Source: Chiloscyllium plagiosum
Lineage: Eukaryota
NCBI RefSeq assembly: GCF_004010195.1
Contig: NC_057753.1
Span: 6,075,520 to 6,139,519, forward strand
Direction: 5' to 3'
Length of the DNA: 64,000 nucleotides
The translations under genes and the position numbers were made by a program. The notes beneath the pieces are model-generated. The model was not told the DNA's origin. It made no database searches and saw only the letters and a program-made list of their open reading frames with translations. This document shows positions 12,689 to 23,699 of this stretch, one piece after another (the first letter of the stretch is position 1; the number at the start of each line of letters is the position of its first letter).

Positions 12689-14374
12689 CTACAGACTGTG
12701 AACTCGCTGGTGTCTCACCAGGTCAGATGACCGCTTGAACCCAGTCCCGCAGTGAGAACACTGGAATGGTTTCTCTTCGGTGTGAACACGTTGATGAGAC
12801 ATCAGGTCCCTGGCCATTTTAAAGCATTTCCCACAGTCTGGGCATTTAAAAGGTCTCTCTTCGGTATGAACTCGCTGATGTCTCAGCAAAGTCTGTTTGT
12901 TTTTAAAATTCTTCTCACACTGAGAACATTTAAACGGTCTCACAACAACATGAACGCTCTTGTGTGATTGCAGGTTGGATGAACAAGAAAATTTCCTCCC
13001 ACACTCGGAGCAGCTGAATGGTTTCTCCCCAGTGTGAAGTCGCTGGTGTCTTAGCAGGTGAGATGATCTGCTGAACCCAGTCCCACAGTGAGAGCATGTG
13101 AATGGTTTCTCACCAGTATGAACACGTTGGTGGACTGTCAGTTCCCATGCACTTTTATACTGCTTCCGACAGTCTGGGCATTTGAAAGGTCTCTCTTCAC
13201 TGTGAACCCGCTGGTGTGTCAGCAGATGGGTTGACTGAATGAATCCCTTCCCACACAACGTGCAGATGAATGGTCTCTCCCCAGTGTGAATTCGCTGGTG
13301 CACCTGAAGATCATTGCTGCTTTTGAAGCTCTTCTCACAGTCTGGGCATTTGAAAGGTCTCTCATCACTGTGAACCCGCTGGTGTGTCAGCAGATGGGTG
13401 GACTGAGTAAATCCCTTCCCACAAACTGAGCAGACGAATGGCCTCTCCCCAGTGTGAATTCGCTGATGTAACTGAAGGCCATTGCTGCTTTTAAAGCTCT
13501 TCTCACAGTCCGAACATTTAAAAGGTTTTTCTGTCGTGTGTACTCGCTGGTGGGTGAGTAGGTGCGTCGACTGAGTGAATCCCTTCCCACACACTAAGCA
13601 GACGAATGGCCTCTCCCCAGTGTGAAGTCGCTGGTGTGCAGTGAGTTCAGATGAACGCTTGAACCCAGTCCCACAGTGAGAGCACCTGAATGGTCTCTCA
13701 TCGGTATGAACACGTTGGTGCACTGTCAGTATCCATGCACTTTTATATTGCTGTCCACAGTCTGGGCACTTAAAAGGCCTCTCTTCGCTGTGAATTCTCT
13801 GGTGCTTTAGGAGGTGAGTAGACTGAGTAAATCCCTTGCCACACACTGAGCAGATAAATGGTCTCTCCCCAGTGTGTATTCGTTGATGTACCCGAAGATC
13901 ATTGCTGCTTTTAAAGCTCTTCTCACAATCTGAACATGTGTAGGGTCTCTCCTTAGTGTGAACTTGCTGGTGTTTCAGTAGGTGGGATGACTGAGTGAAT
14001 CGCATCCCACACTCCGAGCAGATGAATGGCCTGTTCACAGTGTGAACTCGCTGGTGTCCCCGCAGGTGAGAGGAGTGCTTGAACCTGATGCCACAATGAG
14101 AGCACCTGAATGGTCTCTCATCGGTGTGAACTAGTTTATGCGATGCCAATTCCCACGCATGTTTATAGTGCTTTCCACAGACTGTACATTTAAAAGGTTT
14201 CTCATCACTGTGAACTTGCTGATGCGCCAGAAGTTTGAATGAGGCAGTGAACCCCTTCCCACATACTGAGCAGGTAAATGGTCTCTCACCAGTGTGGCTG
14301 CGTTGATGTATTTCCAGCTCAGATTGGAATCTGAATCTCTTGCCACACTCTCCACATTCCCAAGGCTTCTCCAT
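12689..14374 (-). CDS. Tandem C2H2 (Kruppel-type) zinc-finger protein, 561 aa, 20 fingers, no effector domain in this exon
   Basis: Uninterrupted ORF of 20 CX2CX12HX3H fingers at 28-aa spacing with TGERP-type linkers. It begins MEKPWEC with a GCAGCATGG Kozak-like context. Confidence 0.95.
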   Translation of the reverse strand: MEKPWECGECGKRFRFQSELEIHQRSHTGERPFTCSVCGKGFTASFKLLAHQQVHSDEKPFKCTVCGKHYKHAWELASHKLVHTDERPFRCSHCGIRFKHSSHLRGHQRVHTVNRPFICSECGMRFTQSSHLLKHQQVHTKERPYTCSDCEKSFKSSNDLRVHQRIHTGERPFICSVCGKGFTQSTHLLKHQRIHSEERPFKCPDCGQQYKSAWILTVHQRVHTDERPFRCSHCGTGFKRSSELTAHQRLHTGERPFVCLVCGKGFTQSTHLLTHQRVHTTEKPFKCSDCEKSFKSSNGLQLHQRIHTGERPFVCSVCGKGFTQSTHLLTHQRVHSDERPFKCPDCEKSFKSSNDLQVHQRIHTGERPFICTLCGKGFIQSTHLLTHQRVHSEERPFKCPDCRKQYKSAWELTVHQRVHTGEKPFTCSHCGTGFSRSSHLLRHQRLHTGEKPFSCSECGRKFSCSSNLQSHKSVHVVVRPFKCSQCEKNFKNKQTLLRHQRVHTEERPFKCPDCGKCFKMARDLMSHQRVHTEEKPFQCSHCGTGFKRSSDLVRHQRVHSL

Positions 14375-14693
14375 GCTGCAGCTGTCCTTGTGAATCTACA
14401 GGTTGAAGCCGCACACGCATAACACTCTGCTGTGAACAGTGTGTTTTTTCTCCCCAGTCTGATACTCTTTCCACAGTAGGTTCACCAGAACCAATAGGTT
14501 CTCTCTCGGTTGGGTCTGTGTCTCAGTGTCTTTCCACTTACATTAATGTTCAAAATATTTTCCTTCATACAGAACATATAAATATTTCTGCTTCCATATT
14601 CAAAGGGTGTTAATATTTATCAAGTTATTTTATGTGATCTCAACATAATGTTTGGTTAGAGTTCCAATATGTAAATCTTTCTCTTCAAATGTC
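14375..14693 (-). other. Putative 5' (non-coding) part of the ZNF terminal exon; splice acceptor at 14694-14695
   Basis: Minus strand reads CTGAC...TCAATTCCTTTTGCAG|GACATTTG (branch-like motif, pyrimidine tract, AG). Confidence 0.6.
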
Positions 14694-15024
14694 CTGCAAA
14701 AGGAATTGACAGATTTCATCACTGTCAGAATCGGATAGAAATTCAGAAAATTCTAGTCTCTATAGACCAAATGCCAGCCCCACTGATTCTCACTCCTTCC
14801 TGCACTTCAATGGCAAAGTGTTGGTCAACTGTTTCCAAACCTTTTAACAACCCGCACACCAAGATATATTGCTATGTATCATTAATGAAACATTAATCTG
14901 AAACACCTCGACTGACCAGACATGACAGATGTCAGTCTTTTATACTGAACCTGACTGTGGAGAGAGGGTATGAACAATTATGAAGGGAGTTTCTTCAAAG
15001 CATGGTAGACTAATTAGGAATGTT

Positions 15025-15245
15025 TGAGGAGAAAGTGAGGTCTGCAGATGCTGGAGATCAGACCTGAAAATGTGTTGCTGGAAAAGAACAGCAGGTCAGG
15101 CAGCATCCAGGGAACAGGAGAATCGACGTTTCGGGCATAAGCCCTTCTTCATTCCTGAAGAAGGGCTTATGCCCGAAACGTCGATTCTCCTGTTCCCTGG
15201 ATGCTGCCTGACCTGCTGCGCTTTTCCAGCAACACATTTTCAGCT
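15025..15245. mobile_element. Short fold-back Penelope-derived element (inverted pseudo-LTRs) with hammerhead at 15151-15187 (+)
   Basis: Arms ~15064-15150 and ~15156-15243 are near-perfect reverse complements. Flanking 15-bp duplication ctaattaggaatgtt at 15010-15024 and 15246-15260. Confidence 0.88.
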
Positions 15246-15259
15246 CTAATTAGGAATGT

Positions 15260-16340
15260 TAGGTCACATGGGATTCAGGTTTTGCCAATTGGATACATAG
15301 TTGGCTTAACAGCAGGAGACAGACAGTGATGGTGGCGGGTTGTTTTGCAGACTGGAGGCCTGTCACCAGCAGTGTCCTACAGGAATTGGTTCTGGGTCCT
15401 CTTTTGTTTCTCAGTTATATAAGTGATTTGGATGAAAATACAGAAGGCATGATTAGTAAGTTTGCAGATGACACAAAAATTGCTGGCATCGTAGGGAGTG
15501 AAGAAGGTTTTCTAAGATTACAAAGGGATCTTGCTCAAATGGGTTAACGGGCTGAGAAATGGTAGATGGAGCTCAGTCTGGATACAAGTGAGGCTTTACA
15601 TTTTGCTACAACAAACAGGGGCAGGACTTATACAATTAATAATAGGCCCTAGGGTAATGCAGTGGAACAGAGGGATCTCAGGGCTCAGGTACATTATTTT
15701 TTGACATTTGTGTCACATATAGACAGGATGGTTAAAAAGGTGTTTAGCGCACTTGCCTCCATTGCCCATACCTTTAAGTATATGAGTTGGAAAGTCATGT
15801 TGTAGTTGTACAGGATGTTGGTGGGGCCACATCTGGAGCATTGTGTCCAGTTCTGGTTGCTCAGTTATAGCAAGGCTGTTATCAAGCTAGAGGGGGTTCA
15901 GGAGAGATTTACCTTGATGCTGCTGGATATGGAAGGTTTCAATTAGAAGGCTGACAGGCTGTGACTTCTTTCACTGGGGCATAGGAGATTGAGAGGTGAC
16001 TTTATAAACCCATGAGGGTACAGATTGGATTTATAGTAGGTGTCTTTTCTCTAGGATTGAGGAATTTTAAGACAAGAGGGCAGATTTTTAAGGTGAGAAG
16101 AGAGATTCAAAACAGACAAGTGGGCATTTTTTTATTTTTACACAGAAGATGGTTTACCTGTGGAATAAACTTCCTGAAAAAGTGATGGATGTGGGCACAA
16201 TTGTAATATTAAAAAGACTGAGATAAGTACATGAATAAGAAAGGTTTGGAGCGATATGGGCCAGGAGCAGGCAGATGGGATTAGTTTAGTTTGGGATTAT
16301 TATCAGCATAAATTTGTTAGACTGACAGGTCTGTTTTCTT
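15260..16340 (+). mobile_element. CR1 LINE 3' fragment
   Basis: VTSSVLQELVLGPLLFLSYISDLD...ISKFADDTK in ORF 15326-15547. Confidence 0.9.
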
Positions 16341-17096
16341 ATGAAAACAGAGTGCCATGTGAGTCTGATGATCAATGATTAACATTATATCTGGGCCTCA
16401 GGGAAATAGATTTGCAGGCCTTTGGGGACTGGGAAAGGGGGAATGAGACACATGGGAATGTGCTACAGATAGTCAGCTTTGATTTGATGTGTGAATGACC
16501 TCTTAATTTCTCAGAATGCATCTCTTTTGGACCTGTTTAATCTGTTCTGAGAACTTAAACCCTGAAGCCAAGCTATCATTTCGGTAAACGTGCTCTGTGC
16601 TCCCAGCACCTATTGAGGACAATGTAGGTGTTCCTTCCAAATTGAACACATGTTACATGGATGGTTTAACCAGGATTGTGAATATCTCCGAATTCTTACA
16701 GCCATACCAAAGATGAACATTTCCCCCCTCAGACTGGAAATATAAACAAATTTCCTTCCAAAGATAATGGGTGGTGATATTCATATCCTATAAGATGTGA
16801 TTACAAAATTGTCTTAGTTTCAGTTTGCTGTGACAAAGGAAAGCAATAGATGCACTACTTTCCCAAAAACACTGAATATTATCCACCCAGGCCTTAACAT
16901 CAACATTATCCCACTAGGCCTTAAGAGCAACTGACCAACATTATCCACCCAGGTCCCAAAATCAAGCTATGACCATTATTCAACTAGACCCCAATATCAA
17001 CCTGTTCAGACCCGAATATCAAACTGCGAACATTACCCCACAAGACCCCAAAATCAAACTGTGAACATTATCCACCCAGGCCCTAAATCAACCTAG

Positions 17097-17180
17097 AGAA
17101 GGGCTCATGCCCGAAATGTCGATTCTCCTGCTCCTTGGATGCTGCCTGACGTGCTGTGCTTTTCCAGCAACACATGTTCA
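17097..17180 (+). mobile_element. Truncated Penelope pseudo-LTR inserted in the 35-bp array
   Basis: gaagggctcatgcccgaaatgtcgattctcctg...caacacatgttca, flanked by gccctaa(t)atcaaccta on both sides. Confidence 0.8.
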
Positions 17181-20100
17181 GCCCTAATATCAACCTACCA
17201 ACATTATCCTACCAGGCCCCAAAAAAACCTCTGACAATTATCCCATTAGGCTGCAATGTCAACACATACAAACCCGAATATCAAACTGCGAACCATACCG
17301 CACCGGAACCCAATATCAAATGACAAACATTATCCCGTCAGGGCCCCATATCAAACTGTGAATGTTATCCCACCAGACCACAATATCAAAATGCAAACAT
17401 TTTCCCATCAAACCCCAACATTAAGCTGTAAAAAATTATCGCCCCACGCTACGATATCAAACAATGAACATTATCGCACCAGGTCCCAATATTAAACTGC
17501 AAACCTTATCCCATCAGACCCCAATGTCAACCTGCAAACCTTACTCCACTAGACACCGACATCAAACTGCAAACCTTATCTCCCCAGACCTTAATAGCAA
17601 AATTGAGCCTTATCCCACGAGACCCTAATATCAAACAGCAAAAATTATCCAACCAGGTCCCAAAATCAACTTAAGACCATTATCCCACTAGGCCCCAATA
17701 TCAAATTGAAAACCTTATCCCACCAGACCCCAATAACATATTGCAAGCATTATCCCTCTAGGCTAAAGTCAAACTGCGAACCTTATCCCACCAGACCCTG
17801 ATATTAAATTGCGAACCTTTTTTCACCTGACCCTAATATCAAACTGGAAGACTTATCTCACCAGGCCCAAATATTAAAGAGTGATCCTTATTCCGCAAAA
17901 CCCCAATATTAAACTGCAAACCGATCCCACTCGACTCCAAAAGCAAACTGCGAACATTATCCCAGCAGACCCCAATATCAACTGATAACATTATCATCCC
18001 CAGGTCCCAACATCAAACGGCGAGCATTATCCCACCAATCAGGCCCCAATAATACAGTGTGAAACTTATCCCGACAGATCCCAATATTCAAGTGTGAACT
18101 TTAGCCCACGAGGCCCCAATATTAAATAGCGAACCATATCCCGCAGACCCCAATATCAAACTATGAACATTATCCCAGCAGACCCCAATAACAAACGCAA
18201 ACACTAGCCCACTAGACCCCTACAACAAAATGCGAACTTTATCCTACCAGGCCCCAATATCAAACTGCAAGTCTTACCCCAACAGACCCCAATATCAAAC
18301 TGGAAGCCTTATCCCACCAGACCCCAATATTAAACAGTGAACCCTATCTTGCAAGACCCCAACATTAAACTGTGAACTCATCCCACCAGACCCCAAATAT
18401 TAAACTGAGAACATTATCCTGTCAGACACCAAAATCAAACAGCGAACTTTATCCCAACAGGCCCCAATATCAAACTGCGAGCTGTATTCCAACAGACCCC
18501 AATATCAAACTGTGAGCCTTTTTCCAGCAGACCCCAGTATCAAACTGCTAGACTTATCCAATCAGACTCTGATATTAAACAGTGGATCTCTTTCCACCGG
18601 ACCCCCGATGTCTTATCCCACTAGGCCCAAATATAAAAAGAGTGGACCTTACACCACCGGACCCCAATATTAAACCTCGAACCCTATCCTGCAAGACACC
18701 AAAATCAAATTGCAATTGTTATCCCACCAGACCCCAATATCAAACAGCATACATTGCCCCACCAGGCCCCAATATCAGCTGACCAACATTATCCCACCAG
18801 GTCCCAAAAACAACCTACAGCCATTACCCATTAGGCCCCAACATGAACCTGTACAAGCCCGAATATCAAACTGCGAATATTATCTAGCCAGAACCCAATA
18901 TGATACTGAGAATATTATTCCACCAGACCCCAGTATCAAACTGGAAACCTTATCCCACCAGGCTCAAATATTAAACAGTGAACCATATCCCACCAAACCC
19001 CAATATTAAACTGCGAACCCATCTGATCAGACACCAAAATCAAACTGCAAACATCCCAGCAGACTCCAATATCAAACTGGTAACATTATCACTCCACATC
19101 CCAACATCAAACTGTGAGCATTATCCCACCAATCACCAATATCAAACTGAAAGCCTTGACCAACCAGGCTCCAATATTAAAGAGTGAATCTTATCCCGCC
19201 AGACCCCAATATTCAAGTGCGAGCCTTAACCCCCAGGCCCCAACATTAAATTGCAAACCATATCCCAGCAGACCCCAATATCAAACTGCGAACATTCTCC
19301 CAGCAAACCCTAATATCAAACTGCGAGCCTTTTCCCACCAGACTCCAATATCAAACTGGAAATGTTATCCCACCAGACCCAAATATTAAAGAGCGAACCT
19401 TATTCCGCCAAACGCCAATATTAAACTGCAAATCCTATCCTGACAGACCCCCATATGAAACTGCAAACCTCATCCCGTCAGATGCCAATATTAAACTGTG
19501 AACCCATCCCAAGAGACTCCAATATTGAACTGTGAACATTATCCCACCAGATCCCAATATTAAACTGGGATCCTTATCCCATCAGACTCCAACATCAAAC
19601 TCCGAACCTCATTGCACCAGACCCCAATGTCAAATTGGAAGCCTTATCTAACCAGGCCCAAATACTAAAACTGAACCCTATCCTGCCAGACCCAAATATG
19701 AAACTGTGAACCCATCCCACCAGACCCCAAAATCAAACTGCAAACATAATTCCCCAATATCAAACTGTGAACCTGATCTCACCAGATCTTAATATCAGGC
19801 TGTGAACCTTATCCCACTAGAATCCAATATCAAACTGCAGACATTGCACCACCAGGCCACAATATCAGCCGACCAACATTATTCCACCAGGTCCCAAAAT
19901 CAACCTACGACCATTATCTCACTAGGCCCCAACATGAACTTGTAAAAGCCCAAATATCAAACTGTAAACATTATCCCACCAGACCCCAACATCAAACTGT
20001 GAACATTATGCCACCAGGTCCTAACATCAAACTGCGAATCTTATCCTGCCAGGCCCCAATATCAGATTGCGAGCCTTCTATCCCCAGACTCCAATATTAA

Positions 20101-20939
20101 ACTGGAAACCTTAACCCACCAGACCCCAATATGAAACTGCAAACCCTATCCTGCCAGATCCCAGTATTAAACAGTGAACCCTATCCCACCAGAACCCAAT
20201 ACAAACTGCAAACCCATCCCACTGGACTCCAAAATCAAACTGTGAACATTATTCTACCAGGCCCCAATTTCAAACTGCAAACATTATCGCAGCAGACAAC
20301 AATATCAAATAGGTAACATCACCACCCCTGGTCCCAACATCAAATGCGAGCATTATCCCACCAATCACAAATATCAAACTGAAAGCCTAGTCCAACCAGG
20401 CCCCAATATTAAAGTGCGAAACTTATCCCGACAGAATGCAATATTCAAGTGCGAATCTTAGCTCACAGGCCCCAATATTAAATTGCGAACCGTATCCCAG
20501 CAGACCCCAATATCAAACTGTGACTATTATCCCCGCAGATCCTAATTTCAAACTGTGAACATTATCCCAGCAGACCACAACGCTAAACGGCGAACATTAT
20601 CCCAGCCGATGCCAATATTATACTGGGAATATTATACCACCAGACCCCAACATCAAACTGCGAGCCTTATTCAACCAGACCCCAATATCACCGTAGAAGC
20701 CTTATCCCACCAGGCCCAAATATTAAAGAGTGAACCTTACCTCACCAGATCCCAATATTAAACTGCAAATCCTATCCTGCCAGATCCCAAAGTTAAACTG
20801 AAAACATTATCCCACCAGTCCCCAAAATCAAACATTATCCCAACAGACGCCAATATCAAACTGCAAATCTGTTCCCACTAGACCCCAAATATCAAACATT
20901 GTCCCACCAGGGCCCACTATCAGCCTACCAACATTATCA

Positions 20940-21095
20940 ACATCTCGGGCATAAGCCCTTCTTCAGGAATCCTGAAGAAGGGCTTATGCCCGAAACGTCG
21001 ATTTTCCTGCTCCTTGGATGCTGCCTGACCTGCTGCGCTTTTCCAGCAACACATTTTTCAGCTCTGATCTCCAGCATCTGCAGTCCTCACTTTCT
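20940..21095 (+). mobile_element. Penelope pseudo-LTR element with short inverted head and intact hammerhead (20968-21003)
   Basis: AATC-CTGAAGA-A-GGGC(ttat)GCCC-GAAA-CG-TC-GATT. 16-bp duplication cctaccaacattatca at 20924-20939 and 21096-21111. Confidence 0.88.
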
Positions 21096-21167
21096 CCTAC
21101 CAACATTATCACCCCAGGTCCCAACATCAAACTGCGAAACATATCCCACCAGACCCCAAAATTCAAG

Positions 21168-21358
21168 TCGGCAGAATTGGATGCTGCAGATGCTGGAGAT
21201 TAGAGTCAAGATTAGGAGTGGTGCTGGAAAAGCATAGCAGGCCAGGCAACATCCAAGAAGGAGGAAAATTAATATTTCGGGCAAAAGACCTTCAATTTTC
21301 TTTCTCCTTGCATGCTGCCTGACCGGCTGTGCTTTTCCAGCACCACTCTAATCTTGAC
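21168..21358. mobile_element. Older fold-back Penelope-derived element; a duplicated copy lies at ~23071-23232
   Basis: Inverted arms gtcaagattag..gtggtgctggaaaagc / gcttttccagcaccactctaatcttgac; flanks caa(a/t)attcaagt. Confidence 0.8.
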
Positions 21359-23699
21359 CTCAATATTCAAGTGCAAACCTTATCCCACAAGACGCAAATA
21401 ATAAATTGTGAAGCATATCCCACCAGACCCCAGTATTAAACTGATAACTAAATCCCACTAGACCCCACTATCAAACTGCAAACAGTCTCCCAGCAGACTC
21501 CAATATCAAACTGTGAACTTTATCCAACCAGGCCCCAATATAAAAAAGTGAACATTGTCTCATCAGTCCACAACAACGAACTGAAAGCCTTATCCCAACA
21601 GTCCCGAATATTAAAGTGTGAACCTTATCCCGCCAAACTCCACTAAGAAACTGCAGACATTATCCTATCAAGTGCCAATATCAAACTGCGAACATTATCC
21701 ATTCAGGCCCTACCAACATTATCCCACCAGGGCCTAAAATCAACCTATGACAATTATTCCATTAGGCCCCAATATCAACATGTACAGGCCTGAATATCAA
21801 ACTGTGAACATTATCCCACCAGACCACAAAATCCACCTGCGAACACTGTCCCACCAGAACCCAATATCACATGGCAAACATTATCCCACCGGACCCCAAT
21901 ATGATACTGGAAACATTATCCCAACAGATCCCAATATCTAACTGTGAACATTGTCCCACCAGTCCACAGGAGTCCCAAATATTAAAGTGCGAACCTTATT
22001 GCGCCAGACCCCACTAAGAAACTGTGAACCTTATTGCACAAGGCCCCAATATCAGACTGCAAGCCTTATCCTACCAGACGCCGATATTAAACTGATAACC
22101 ATATCCCACAAGGCCCCAAAATCAAACTGCAAACATTATCCCAGCAGACCCCAATGTCAAACTGCGAAACTTATCCAACTAAGCCCCAAATATTGTATCA
22201 CCAGTCTCCAACATCAAACTGCAAGCCTAATCCCAACAGTCCCAAATATTAAAGTGCGAACCTTATCCCGCCAGATCCCAAAATCAACGTACGACTATTA
22301 TCCCATTAGGCCCCAATATCAACATACAGGCCCGAATATCAAACTACGAACATTACCTCACCAGACTACAAAATCCACCTGCCCACAGAATCCAACATCA
22401 AACGGCAAACATTATTCCCCCAAGCCTCCATATCAAACTGCAAATGTTATGCCAACAGGCCTCAATGTCAAAATGCAAATATTATCCCATCAAACCCCAA
22501 CATCAAACTGTTTTTTAAAAAAAAAAATCGCTCCAGGCTAAAATATCAAACTACAAACATTATCCCACCAGGCTACAATACCAAACTGGGAACATTAACT
22601 CACCAGGTCCCAACATTAAACTCTGAGCCTTATCCTACCAGACTCGGGTACCAAACTGCAAATATTATTCCACTAGACCCCAATATCAAACTGCAAACAT
22701 TATCCCACTAGACCCCAACATCAAACTGCTAATCTAATTCAACCAGACCGCAATATCACCCTGGAAGCTTTATCCCACCAGACCCAAATATTAAAGAGTG
22801 AATTCATCCCACCAGACCCCAAAATCAAACTGTGAACGTTATCCTGCCAGACACCAATATCAAACTGCGAATCTGTTCCCAGTAGACCCCAAATATCAAA
22901 CATTGTCCCACCAGGCCCTAATATCAGCCACCTCACATTATCACCCCAGGTACCAACATCAAACTACGAACATTATCCCATCAGGCACCGAATTCAAACT
23001 GAAAGTCTTGTCCAACCAGACCCCAATAGTAAAGTGCAAAACATATCCCGCCAGACCCCAATATTCAAGTTGGCAGAAATGGGTGCTGCAGGTGCTGGAG
23101 ATTAGAGTCAAGATTAGAGTGGTGCTGGAAAAGCACAGCGGGTAAGGCAGCATCCGAGGAGGAGGAAAATCGACTTTTTGGGCAGAAGCCCTTTGGCTTT
23201 TGCCTGGAACGTCGATTTTCCTCCTCCTTGGATCTGGTGGGATAAATGTAGGTACATTGATATTAGGGCCTGGATGTATAATGTTCACAGGTTGATACTG
23301 GGGCCTTATCCAACCAGGCCCCAATATAAAAGCGAACATTGTCCCACCAGTCCACAATAACAAACTGAAAACCTTATCCCAACAGTCCCGAATATTAAAG
23401 TGCGAACCTTATCCCGCCAGAGCCCACTAAGAAACTGCAGACATTATCCTACCAGGCACCAATATCAAACTGCGAATATTATCCACCCAGGCCCTAATAT
23501 CAACCTACCAACATTATCCCACCAGGCCCCAAAATCAAGCTACGACAATTATTCCATTAGGTCCCAATACCAACATATACAGGTCTGAATATCAAGCTGC
23601 AAGTAATATCCCACCAGACCCCAATATCAAGCTATGAACCTCAACCCAACAGGCCCCAATATCAAATTGCAAACATTATCCCTGCAATACCTGATACCC

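Larger units (their letters stand above)
16876..23690 (+). repeat. 35-bp tandem repeat array, ~6.8 kb, consensus ~AACATTATCCCACCAGACCCCAATATCAAACTGCG
   Basis: Unit length counted at 17681-17750. Diverged units (estimated 170-190) with higher-order blocks and four short insertions. Confidence 0.95.

Noticed and set aside
16876..23690. CRISPR-like array or repetitive protein ORFs in the 35-bp array
   Set aside because: Units are contiguous with no unique spacers, there are no cas genes, and the context is vertebrate. A period of 35 is not a multiple of 3, so the ORFs are incidental.
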